Part shown: positions 53,867 to 62,748 of the stretch, in pieces
How the letters are laid out: each line of letters starts with the position of its first letter
Numbering within the stretch: the stretch's first letter is position 1
Origin: Chloroflexota bacterium
GTDB taxonomy: Bacteria > Chloroflexota > Limnocylindria > Limnocylindrales > Limnocylindraceae
Length of the DNA: 64,000 nt
Assembly: GCA_041176225.1 (NCBI GenBank)
Contig: JBEDDM010000001.1
Coordinates: forward strand, 20,405 to 84,404
Reading direction: 5' to 3'
Program-made: the position numbers and the translations under genes
Notes under the pieces: generated by a model
Databases searched by the model: none
Told to the model about the DNA's origin: nothing
Seen by the model: only the letters and a program-made list of their open reading frames with translations

Positions 53867-54901
53867 ATGACGACCCCAGTAGGCTCCCTTGCCGTCTCCG
53901 CGACCCCGCTGGCTGGGGTGAGCAAAGACGAGTGGTCCGCGCTCTTGCAGGCCAACCCGAGCGCAAGCGCCTTTTCGCTCCGCGCGTTTCATCAGGCGTG
54001 GTGGAGCGCACACGGGGGTGGCGCGGAAGACGTCAGCATCGCTGTGCGAAGTGCATCAAGCGGCGAACTCCTCGGCTATCTCCCGCTGATGCGTCGACCG
54101 GACGGCGTGACCTACTCCGGTGCAACGCTGCACATTGATTATGCCACCGTGCTGCTCGCGCCACACACGGGCGCGCCGAGTCAAGAGTCCGATCCTGTTG
54201 CAGACGCACTTGCAACGGCACTCCTTGCGCTCAACTCGCCAATCAACATGATGCGCATTCGCCCCGCTGATGTCGCGCACGTTCGAATGGTCGCCGCAAT
54301 CCACCGCGCCGCGGTGGCTGCATCGCGCGCGGCAACATATGCGATTGAAGAGCCGGCGCCATACATTGATCTTCAAGGGATCCGCACGCTCGATGAACAT
54401 CTGGAGCGCCTTGATAAGAAGCAGCGCCACGAGATTCGGCGCAAGGTTCGCCGCGGTGAAGCGGCTGGCGTGCAGATCAGCGCGAGCGAAGATGTGCTCG
54501 CTGATCTTCCTGAGTTCGTTCGCTTGCATCGCGCGCGTTGGGGCGAACGCGGGCTCTTTACCGAAACACCTAAAGGCGTGGAAGAGGAAGTCTTCCTGCG
54601 CGAGCTCTTCGCCACAGCGCCGAGCGGCACGATCAGTATGTTGATGGCGCGAAACGATGAGTTTGGAACATTTGCAGCGGGTCTCTTCTTACGAGACGCG
54701 GGTGCGATTAGATACTGGAATGCTGGAGGCGACGCGGCCGCGCGCGCACTCTCGCCTGGAGTGCTTCTCTTCGTCCACGGCCTAACACTCGCAATTAACG
54801 AGGGACGCGCGCAGTTGGACTTTTTGCGAGGGAATGAGGCGTACAAGTACGAGTGTGGCGCAGTAGATGCGCGGGTGATGAAGTTGGAGATCCCTCGATG
54901 A
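53867..54901 (+). CDS. GNAT-fold acyltransferase of the FemAB/BioF2/CelD-like (Acetyltransf_6, PF13480) type
   Basis: C-terminal …LFVHGLTLAINEGRAQLDFLRGNEAYKYECGA is typical of PF13480. The track ORF starts at 53537 with an Arg/Pro-rich artefact; Met at 53867 (MTTPVGS…) is preferred. Confidence 0.6.
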   Translation: MTTPVGSLAVSATPLAGVSKDEWSALLQANPSASAFSLRAFHQAWWSAHGGGAEDVSIAVRSASSGELLGYLPLMRRPDGVTYSGATLHIDYATVLLAPHTGAPSQESDPVADALATALLALNSPINMMRIRPADVAHVRMVAAIHRAAVAASRAATYAIEEPAPYIDLQGIRTLDEHLERLDKKQRHEIRRKVRRGEAAGVQISASEDVLADLPEFVRLHRARWGERGLFTETPKGVEEEVFLRELFATAPSGTISMLMARNDEFGTFAAGLFLRDAGAIRYWNAGGDAAARALSPGVLLFVHGLTLAINEGRAQLDFLRGNEAYKYECGAVDARVMKLEIPR

Positions 54902-56124
54902 GCCGCATGGCTCACCAGAAGCCGTGCACGGGGCGCGCGCCTGCAGGGCCGCTCCCTGACGGCTCGCGTATCCGCGTGATGCAGCTCCTTGCCACAGGGA
55001 CCAATGGTGGGGCGCAGGAGAGCCTCGTCAATACGGTGCTGCGTCTGGATAACTCGCGCCACGATGTGTGCGTGGTTTCACTCTCGCACGGGAGCACGGT
55101 GAAGCGACTCGAACGTCTCAAGATTCCCGTTGAGGTGATTGAAGACGAGCACGATGATCGCGCGGCGGCGGCACTCGCCGAGCGGATGATCGCGCTGAAG
55201 ACGCAGGTGATCCATGCGCATATGTTCCGCGCCGATGTTGTTGCGGTATATGCGGCCGACCTTGTGGAGAAGCGCACAGGGGTTCGTCCACTTGTGGTCT
55301 CCACGCTGCACTCGAGTCGCTTCCGGTCTGCGGAGGATCGTGAACTACTGGAGAAACTCACGCCGCGTATCGACTGGCTGATCGCCGTGAGCGATGCGAT
55401 CGTGCGCAAGATCGTGGCAGAGAACCGCGACAGCACCGCCATCAGCAGGATCTACAACGGCGTGGACCTGGAACGTTTTGATGAAGCGCCTGGCCGCGAC
55501 GTCGTGCGCAAGGAGTTCGGCATCCCAAGTGACGCCCCAGTGGTGGCGGCGATTGGCCGTCTTGAGCCTGAGAAGGGGCACCCCACGCTCATTGAGGCCT
55601 GGCCGCTGGTGCACCACCATTTCCCGCAGGCGCGCCTCTTGATTGCTGGCGAGGGCTCAGAGCGCGATCGACTCGAGGGGCTCGCCGCTGCGCATCTACG
55701 CAGCGAACTCTGCTGCGACAGCGTTGCGTTCCTTGGTCGTCGTGACGACATCCCTGCGGTCTTGGCGGCAGCAGATGTGGTGGCAATGCCGAGCTACCGC
55801 GAAGCACAAGGGATCGCCATCCTTGAAGCCCTCGCAGCAGAGCGACCGGTAGTGGCGAGCAACGTGGGCGGAATTCCAGAGATGATCTCCGATGGCGAGA
55901 CAGGAATCTTAGTTCCGTCGCACGATCCATCCGCACTAGCAGCGGCGATCATTGCACTCTTCACACATCCAGATCGCGCGGCGAAACTCGCCACCGCTGG
56001 GCACGAGATGGTGCACGAAGAGTTCTGCATCGACTACATGATGCAAGATATTGAAGCGATCTATGCGCTCGCAGTAGGTGGTGATGCAACACTCGTCCCT
56101 GATCGGAACGGCGTTCGCGCGTAG
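54898..56124 (+). CDS. Family 4 (GT-B) glycosyltransferase
   Basis: …EGSERDRLEGLAAAH…, EAQGIAILEALAAERPVVASNVGGIPEMI (E-x7-E region); ATGA overlap with the preceding GNAT gene. Confidence 0.8.
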   Translation: MSRMAHQKPCTGRAPAGPLPDGSRIRVMQLLATGTNGGAQESLVNTVLRLDNSRHDVCVVSLSHGSTVKRLERLKIPVEVIEDEHDDRAAAALAERMIALKTQVIHAHMFRADVVAVYAADLVEKRTGVRPLVVSTLHSSRFRSAEDRELLEKLTPRIDWLIAVSDAIVRKIVAENRDSTAISRIYNGVDLERFDEAPGRDVVRKEFGIPSDAPVVAAIGRLEPEKGHPTLIEAWPLVHHHFPQARLLIAGEGSERDRLEGLAAAHLRSELCCDSVAFLGRRDDIPAVLAAADVVAMPSYREAQGIAILEALAAERPVVASNVGGIPEMISDGETGILVPSHDPSALAAAIIALFTHPDRAAKLATAGHEMVHEEFCIDYMMQDIEAIYALAVGGDATLVPDRNGVRA

Positions 56125-56136
56125 CGGCGCTCGCGC

Positions 56137-57225
56137 TTAGCGGCGGACAGCGCTCCAGTAGCGCTCGGCAGATCCAGAGCGACCAGTATCAAGCGCCACA
56201 CGCGCGCCGTGACCACGCACGGCGTCTGCCATCTTCTCGACTGAGCCAAAGAGGTGCGGTGTTTGCGATTCGTAAAGTGAGATCCCCTTGATCTTGGTCT
56301 CAATGACCGCACTCGTATCTACAATCTCAGGCGTCAGTGCAACATCCGCTGGCAGTTCGGCGGAATACTCTGCAGGGAGTCCACCCTGTGCGTTGAACTC
56401 GCTCCACCACGCGTATGGGAAGTCTTCATAGAACGAGATTCTGCTCGCCCAGTCGGGGCCAGGCATCTCCCACTTACGCGGTTCTGCCAGAAGTGCCGCA
56501 CCAACCTTGCGTGCGAGCTGATGATCAACATGTGATCCAATGCCGAGTGGGAAGTAGACCTGCTGCGGCTCAAGTCGCGCGATCTCCTGTGCGAGCAGTG
56601 CAACTGGTGCCACATCGCCGTCACGAACACGGCCAAGCAACTGTTCGTCACCTTCGTATCCACGGAAGACCGCGTCTGGGAGGTCAAGGAAGATCACCGC
56701 CGCCTCGCTGAAGAGTGCGTAGCGCTCATCTTCCATTTTGCGCTGCGCCATGGCGTCACCCGCCGCAGCTGCTACGGCAATGGCGCCCGGAGTTGTTGTC
56801 CCCTGTCCGCCAACCGCATCCACATCTTTTGCGTGCGGGAGTCCGCCGCCGCCACTGATATCTGCCTTGCGATACCAGGATGCGCGCTGCCAGAACTCTT
56901 TTGCGCTCGCATCCGCCTCCTGCTGCGTGGCGGCGAGCCGACCGCGCTCTGCCTGCCACGGCGCAAGCTCGCTCTCTGTTTCGCCAGGGACGTTCACGTC
57001 CGCAGCAACGGAGCCGCGATCAAAAGATTCCGTTGACGGCCAGATCGCCTTGCCACCAAAGCCGAGCGCCTGGCGCTGGTACGAGGACATGCGCGTGAGA
57101 TCACCATGCCCAGAGAAGACGCTGATGATGATCACGTTCTGCCCGAGTTCGCGCAGGTGGGCGATCAGTCCGCCACACGAGAGTGCCGCGTCATCTGGGT
57201 GTGGTGAGATGAAGATGTGGCTCAT
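56137..57225 (-). CDS. PIG-L/LmbE-family N-acetylglucosaminyl deacetylase, with an unusual ~130-aa insertion
   Basis: N-terminal ISPHPDDAALSCGG motif and a later GIGSHVDH motif; 362 aa versus about 230 typical. Confidence 0.7.
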   Translation of the reverse strand: MSHIFISPHPDDAALSCGGLIAHLRELGQNVIIISVFSGHGDLTRMSSYQRQALGFGGKAIWPSTESFDRGSVAADVNVPGETESELAPWQAERGRLAATQQEADASAKEFWQRASWYRKADISGGGGLPHAKDVDAVGGQGTTTPGAIAVAAAAGDAMAQRKMEDERYALFSEAAVIFLDLPDAVFRGYEGDEQLLGRVRDGDVAPVALLAQEIARLEPQQVYFPLGIGSHVDHQLARKVGAALLAEPRKWEMPGPDWASRISFYEDFPYAWWSEFNAQGGLPAEYSAELPADVALTPEIVDTSAVIETKIKGISLYESQTPHLFGSVEKMADAVRGHGARVALDTGRSGSAERYWSAVRR

Positions 57226-57265
57226 GGCGTGCCTTCAGCGCAACATGCCGCGCGCGGTAACTGCG

Positions 57266-57445
57266 CTACGGGCTAGGCGAGACGCTCGGCGACTCGGACG
57301 CGCTCGGCGCGGGGGTCGCGGAGAGCGCCTTGGGGAACGTCTTCAAGAAGCCATCACGACCAAAGATCATTGGGTAGGCGATCACGGCCGCAATGGCGAT
57401 CGTGCAGATCAGCACGAAGGTTCGGGGTCCGCGGTCTTTGGTCAT
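57266..57445 (-). CDS. Possible 59-aa small membrane protein (below the ORF-track cutoff)
   Basis: Hand translation gives MTKDRGPRTFVLICTIAIAAVIAYPMIFGRDGFLKTFPKALSATPAPSASESPSVSPSP; one TM helix; lies between the PIG-L start and the lipoprotein gene. Confidence 0.3.
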   Translation of the reverse strand: MTKDRGPRTFVLICTIAIAAVIAYPMIFGRDGFLKTFPKALSATPAPSASESPSVSPSP

Positions 57446-57464
57446 GCGGGTGATTCTAGCGGGG

Positions 57465-58613
57465 TCAGCGCAGGGAGGCGTATCCGGTGAGTTCCACGTA
57501 GGCGTCGCCTCGGACTGGGCGGCCGTTTAGGCTGCCGCGCACCACGTTGGATCCCTCCCAGTAGATGACCCCAGTGGTCGCTCGCGTATCGAGCTCCTGA
57601 TCCTTCACATCTGGGGTGATCGTGACCTGCAGGCCACGCGTAGGGATCTTGAGCTCCCAGCCGGAGGGCCAGGCCGCCCCCGTGTGTGGGCTCGTCCACT
57701 CGCCGGTCGGCGTCAGCTGGATCTCACTCCCGTCGATCCGTTCAAAGTCGCCGTCTCCGTTGATCCATGTGCCGTAGATGAGCGGGTAGCTGCCGTCCGC
57801 GGCACGGACAAAGGAGAGGGTCACCTCAATCCCGCGCGCACTCCCGTTATCCAGCGTGAGTGCGAACCAGTCCCATCCGCCACCACCCACCGCAATGAAG
57901 TCACCCCACTGATGGTCGAACCAGGATGTCCCCTGCACGGCGAGAACTTCACCATCCACAGTGAGCGTTCCACCGGTTGGCATGCGCGTGCGCGAGTAGT
58001 AGTAGGAACCGCCCGCAATATCAAAGTCCACCCAGCCGTCGTTGTCGTGCAGCACAGGCGCTTCGGGTGCGGCGAGCTGCAAGTTGAACCACTCCGCATC
58101 AATCTGCATGGAACCATCAAGCCCAACGATCATGCTCCATGGATCGTTCTCCAGCGTGGCGGGACTCAACGGATCTGCGCCAGTGATGGCAAAGGCCGCA
58201 GCGATCGGCGCGTCAATCATCGCGGTGATGTCCACCTGCGGACCAATCTCGGCACGCTCGTAGTAGGTAAACGATCCTTCACGTCCACCACGCGGTTTCT
58301 CTGTCAGCGCCATGTGTGACGCCCAGGTGACAGGGAAGTCGCCGCGAATCGCGCGGAAGATGACCGCCTCATATCCAAACGCGCGCGAACCATCCAGCGT
58401 GGTCAGGTGCCCAGTGACGTACCACCACTCGGTGAGTCGATCATGCGGCGCGTCGTCGCGCGGGAACTGCACCGGTTGCGGATCATTGCGCGGCGGCGGC
58501 GGCGTCGCCTTGACGATCGGCGCGCCAGCAACGGCTGGCGGATTCGCCAAGATTGGACCAGTGCAGGCGCTCACCGTGAAGAGCGCGAACACCAGTGCCA
58601 CTACCTTCATCAT
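57465..58613 (-). CDS. Lipoprotein with a CrtC/AttH-like lipocalin-type domain
   Basis: Lipobox LFTVSAC; …HDRLTEWWYVTGHL… resembles the hydroxyneurosporene-synthase/AttH family; ATGA overlap with the upstream MMPL gene. Confidence 0.6.
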   Translation of the reverse strand: MMKVVALVFALFTVSACTGPILANPPAVAGAPIVKATPPPPRNDPQPVQFPRDDAPHDRLTEWWYVTGHLTTLDGSRAFGYEAVIFRAIRGDFPVTWASHMALTEKPRGGREGSFTYYERAEIGPQVDITAMIDAPIAAAFAITGADPLSPATLENDPWSMIVGLDGSMQIDAEWFNLQLAAPEAPVLHDNDGWVDFDIAGGSYYYSRTRMPTGGTLTVDGEVLAVQGTSWFDHQWGDFIAVGGGGWDWFALTLDNGSARGIEVTLSFVRAADGSYPLIYGTWINGDGDFERIDGSEIQLTPTGEWTSPHTGAAWPSGWELKIPTRGLQVTITPDVKDQELDTRATTGVIYWEGSNVVRGSLNGRPVRGDAYVELTGYASLR

Positions 58614-60922
58614 CGGCTGCGCGCCTCCGCTTCCGCTTCACTGGCAATGCGACCGGCGAGTAGACGCTGCATCCACTTCGGCGACCACCAGTTCCAATCA
58701 CCAAAAAGGCGCATCGTTGCAGGAACCAAGAGGGCGCGAACGATCGTTGCATCGAGTGCTACGGCAATGGCAACGCCAACACCAAGCGCTTTAATCAACA
58801 CGATCTCCGCGAAGATGAACGACGCAGAGACAACAAAGACGATGAGTGCGGCAGAGGTGATGATGCGTCCACTGCGCTCAAGGCCACCCGCAACGGCGGC
58901 CACGTTGTCACCGGTGCGATCGTAAATCTCGCGCATGCGCGTGAGTAGGAAGACTTCGTAGTCCATTGAGAGACCGAAGAGGACGCAGAACAGGATCACC
59001 GGGATTGTTGTCTCCACAAACCCGAGCGGTGCAAATCCAAGGAGTGCGGAGAGGTTCCCATCTTGGAAGATCCAGACGAGTGCGCCGAAGCTCGCAAGGA
59101 TGGAGAGCATGTTCATGAAGACCGCCTTGATCGGCAACACAATTGAACGCAACAGCACCGCGAGGATGAGCAGTGTGCTGATGATCACCACCGCGGCGGA
59201 GCGTGGGAACTCTGCGGAGATGGTGTCCACCACATCCACAATCTCCGCGGCACCACCACCAATGAGTGCCTCAACACCATCAGGTGGCGTGATCGCACTC
59301 GGTTCTCCCGCGCCGAGCGCGTCTGGCCGAGCGGCGCGTAACTCTGCAACAAGTGCGCGCGACTCTGGTCGATTCGGACCGTAGGTTGGCGTGATGGAGA
59401 TCGCGGTGAGATCGTCCTTGGTGGTGAGCGAGAGGATCTGCACGGCGAATCGATCCGGTGGCGCACCAGCGGGCGACGCGTAGAGGAGTTGGTACTGCGC
59501 AAGGTTCATGCGCGGGTCAATGGAGACGAACGATTCCACACGCGCAATCCGCGGATCCGCCTGCATCTTCTGCACCCAGTTGTAGAGGAGGGTGATGTTC
59601 TCGGGGCTCGTGGCAGGTCCTTCGGTGCGAACGGCAATACTCATTGGACCGAACGAACCTTCACCGAAGGCCTCGGTCAGCGCGTCGAGCGCCTGCCTGC
59701 TCGGCACGCGTTCAGGGAGGACGCTCCCGTCAGGCGCGTTGAAGCGGACGCCGAGCCACGGGGTGCCGAGCGCCACCAGGAGCGCAAAGGTGGGGAGCGC
59801 CACGGCGAGTGGCCGGCGCATCACGGCGCGTGCGAGGCGGGCCCACGGCCCCTGCTCGTTCACCCGACCGCTGCCGAGCTTCCGGATGGCGAGGCGATTC
59901 ACCCGTGTGCCGAGCAGGCTCAGGAGGGCGGGCATCAGGGTGATGCTTGCGGCAACGGCAATGGAGACGGTTACCGCGCCCGCAATGCCAATGCTGCGCA
60001 GGATCGCAAAGTCGAAGAGGGCGAGCCCAGCAAGGCCGAGCATGACGGTCACGCCAGAGAAGAAGACGGCGCGTCCGGCGGTGGCCACCGTTCGTTGCAC
60101 TGCGTCGCCAATCGCCGCACCGCGCCCGAGCTCTTCACGGAAGCGAGAGACGAGCAGCAGCGCGTAGTCAACGCCAAGGCCGAGTCCGAGCAGTGTGGTG
60201 AGGTTCAACACGAAGATGCTCATGCGCGTTGCCTGCGCAATGCCGAAGATTGCGGCGAGCCCAACGATCACCGTTGCGCCACCAACGGCGAGTGGGAGTC
60301 CGGCGGCGACGGCGGAGCCAAACACCAACAGTAAGACGATCGCAGCGAGCGGGAGGCTGATCAGCTCGCTGCGCTGAAGATCTGTCTCCGAAACACTCTG
60401 AATGTCTGCATAGAACGAAGGACCGCCAGCGATTGCAACCTTGATCCCTGGAACCGACTTGATCGCCGCCTGGATCCCTTCAAGCGCCGCGGGCGAATCA
60501 TCGGGCTTCAAGTCGAGCAGGATCACGTCGTAGACGATCTTCTTATCAACGTTGACTTGCGACGGTGCAATCAGATGAGAGCGCGAGCCAACCACATGGG
60601 GCGCCTTCAGCACGCCAGCGACCGCCTCTCCTGCCGCAACTTCAAACTGCGGTGTGCCAGGGATGAACGTCTCTGAGCTGATCGCAAGCACAAGTGCCGA
60701 TGGTGGCGCGCTGAGCTCTTCTTCAAGGATCGCGCGCGCCCGCGCGCTCTCAAGCGTTGGCAGGTCGAAGCCGCCCGCTTGCAGTGCACCTGGCGCCTGC
60801 GGTGCAAATGGGAGTGCACATGCAATCAGCAGCACCCATGCGCCAATGACCCAGGTGCGGCGCGCATGCACCCATGCACCGAGTCGTTCAAACGGTGGGA
60901 GCGGAGCGGTGCGCTTCGCCAC
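58610..60922 (-). CDS. MMPL-family (RND superfamily) membrane transporter
   Basis: Two 6-TM bundles each followed by periplasmic domains. The track ORF runs to 61072; a GTG at 60922 forms a TAGTG overlap with the upstream metallophosphoesterase stop and is the preferred start. Confidence 0.85.
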   Translation of the reverse strand: MAKRTAPLPPFERLGAWVHARRTWVIGAWVLLIACALPFAPQAPGALQAGGFDLPTLESARARAILEEELSAPPSALVLAISSETFIPGTPQFEVAAGEAVAGVLKAPHVVGSRSHLIAPSQVNVDKKIVYDVILLDLKPDDSPAALEGIQAAIKSVPGIKVAIAGGPSFYADIQSVSETDLQRSELISLPLAAIVLLLVFGSAVAAGLPLAVGGATVIVGLAAIFGIAQATRMSIFVLNLTTLLGLGLGVDYALLLVSRFREELGRGAAIGDAVQRTVATAGRAVFFSGVTVMLGLAGLALFDFAILRSIGIAGAVTVSIAVAASITLMPALLSLLGTRVNRLAIRKLGSGRVNEQGPWARLARAVMRRPLAVALPTFALLVALGTPWLGVRFNAPDGSVLPERVPSRQALDALTEAFGEGSFGPMSIAVRTEGPATSPENITLLYNWVQKMQADPRIARVESFVSIDPRMNLAQYQLLYASPAGAPPDRFAVQILSLTTKDDLTAISITPTYGPNRPESRALVAELRAARPDALGAGEPSAITPPDGVEALIGGGAAEIVDVVDTISAEFPRSAAVVIISTLLILAVLLRSIVLPIKAVFMNMLSILASFGALVWIFQDGNLSALLGFAPLGFVETTIPVILFCVLFGLSMDYEVFLLTRMREIYDRTGDNVAAVAGGLERSGRIITSAALIVFVVSASFIFAEIVLIKALGVGVAIAVALDATIVRALLVPATMRLFGDWNWWSPKWMQRLLAGRIASEAEAEARSR

Positions 60923-61662
60923 TATCTGCCCACCGCAAGTCGCGATGCGAGTGAGTCGGGGAGCCCTGCGGCGTCGATCGCTTCTTGTGCACTCGGAATG
61001 TCGTACTCCACACGGCGCCACATCACGCGGCCAAGACCCGCGCTTGCTTCGTCGCGCTCCCAGAGCAGCCATGCGGCGCGCGGATCTCTGTCGCGCGGTT
61101 GACCAACAGATCCAGCATTCACCAGTGATGCGCCGTGCAGCGGGATCGGATCTTTGCTCACCGCAGTCAGATGCGCAACTTCGCCGCGCAACTCCCAGAT
61201 TGCTGGGATGTGCGTATGCCCATGGAAGAGGAGTGGCGTGTTGAGTCCGCGCAGATTCTCTTCTGCCGTAGCGGCATCAATGACGTACTCCATGATCGGA
61301 TCACGGAGCGACGCGTGCACCAGCGTTGCTGAGCCCATCTCTAGAACGCGCGGAAGTGCACGCAACCACTCTCTACTTGGTGCGGTGAGCACCTCACGCG
61401 TCCACATTGCCGCCGCATAGGCACCTTCGTTGAAGCTCTCCACAATCTCATCACCGAGTGCGGCAAGGTCGTGATTCCCCATCACGCCGGTTGCACCCAC
61501 GCGTTGCAACTCTTCAATCACCTCGTTCGGTGAGGCCCCGTATCCAACCACATCCCCGCAGTGCCAGATCGGCGCGTGCGGCGCAACCTTCGCAACATCA
61601 TCAAGCACGGCGCGCAGCGCCTGGATGTTGGCGTGCACGTCAGAGAGGATGACGACGCTCAT
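60922..61662 (-). CDS. Calcineurin-like metallophosphoesterase (YfcE/MPP_superfamily)
   Basis: MSVVILSDVHAN…GDVVGYG…GNHD motifs. Confidence 0.85.
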   Translation of the reverse strand: MSVVILSDVHANIQALRAVLDDVAKVAPHAPIWHCGDVVGYGASPNEVIEELQRVGATGVMGNHDLAALGDEIVESFNEGAYAAAMWTREVLTAPSREWLRALPRVLEMGSATLVHASLRDPIMEYVIDAATAEENLRGLNTPLLFHGHTHIPAIWELRGEVAHLTAVSKDPIPLHGASLVNAGSVGQPRDRDPRAAWLLWERDEASAGLGRVMWRRVEYDIPSAQEAIDAAGLPDSLASRLAVGR

Positions 61663-61683
61663 CAGGCGGCCGACTTCATCGCG

Positions 61684-62343
61684 TTACGACCGATTCCTAA
61701 AGCGCTTTAGCAGCCCAAGCCGCCATGCGCCAAGGAGCAGCAGCGCAGGGAGACCAATCGCCAAGAGGATCGTTTCGAATGGCGCAAGGTACTCCTGCAC
61801 CTCTTCCCATCGCGCACCGAGCGCGGCCCCGCCCCAGATGAGCGCCGCATTCCAGATCAGTGCGCCAACGGTGCTGTAGAGAAGGAACGGAACCAGCGGC
61901 ATGCGGGCGATCCCGGCGGGGAAGGAGATCGCGGTGCGGAGGAGCGGCACGAAGCGGCTCCAGAAGACCACCTTCCCTCCGTGACGGGCGAAGAAGCGAT
62001 CCGCGCGATCAAGGTCATCAGAAGAGATGCGCACGAAACGGCCGTAGCGCACGAGTAGGCGTCGGCCACCGTATGCGCCGATCGCATACGCGCCAAGGGT
62101 GCCAGCCGTGGAGCCGATCGTGGCGAAGAGGATCGTGGGGATCAGCTCCCAGCGGCCGCCCGTGAGTGGCTCGATCGCCGTTGGGTCCGCCACAAGGAAT
62201 CCGGCGAACGGGAGGATGAACTCCGAAGGGACGGGGAAGCTCGATGCGTCCACCGCCATCGCCACGGCAAGGCCGAGGTAGCCGACCGCCTCATAGAGGG
62301 AGGTGATCAGCGGGATCAGGATCTCATCAAGCCAAGCGAGCAT
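61684..62343 (-). CDS. DedA/SNARE-associated family membrane protein
   Basis: 219 aa; conserved DedA re-entrant region …FVPLLRTAISFPAGIARMP…. Confidence 0.8.
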   Translation of the reverse strand: MLAWLDEILIPLITSLYEAVGYLGLAVAMAVDASSFPVPSEFILPFAGFLVADPTAIEPLTGGRWELIPTILFATIGSTAGTLGAYAIGAYGGRRLLVRYGRFVRISSDDLDRADRFFARHGGKVVFWSRFVPLLRTAISFPAGIARMPLVPFLLYSTVGALIWNAALIWGGAALGARWEEVQEYLAPFETILLAIGLPALLLLGAWRLGLLKRFRNRS

Positions 62344-62352
62344 GCCTCTAGC

Positions 62353-62724
62353 GTGCCAGAGATCGCCCCCCAGCGAGCGGTTCGCTATGATTCGCGCATG
62401 ACACTCTTCACGCTTCCGTTTACGAACCCAATGGAGTTCTTCATCTCGCTCGCCATTGGCGGGGGGTTCGTCTACATCTTCCAGAAGGCCGCAATGAGCC
62501 AGGAGCAGCGCGAAACCTCATGGGTGAAGCGCTTCGTCACTGGCCCAAACAGCAAGGTCCTCTGGGGTGTGCTCTTCGTTGGCTGGGCAGTTGTCTTCGG
62601 CCTCCTGCTCGGAAGCTTTGAAGACAAGACCGCGCACTCGCCATACGGCTCCGTTGGCCTAATCGCGCTCTTCTCCGGCTTCTTCGTGATGATGGGATTC
62701 ATCTGGGCGAGCATCGGCGAATAG
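62353..62724 (+). CDS. Small polytopic membrane protein, unknown function
   Basis: 123-aa ORF with 3 predicted TM helices; the true start may be an internal Met. Confidence 0.4.
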   Translation: MPEIAPQRAVRYDSRMTLFTLPFTNPMEFFISLAIGGGFVYIFQKAAMSQEQRETSWVKRFVTGPNSKVLWGVLFVGWAVVFGLLLGSFEDKTAHSPYGSVGLIALFSGFFVMMGFIWASIGE

Positions 62725-62748
62725 CCGACTCACTCAAGAAGCAACCGT

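Noticed and set aside
53537-54901. 454-aa track ORF with a 110-aa Arg/Pro-rich N-terminus
   Set aside because: The leader lies antisense to comF and is high-GC open-frame noise; the conserved protein starts at Met 53867.
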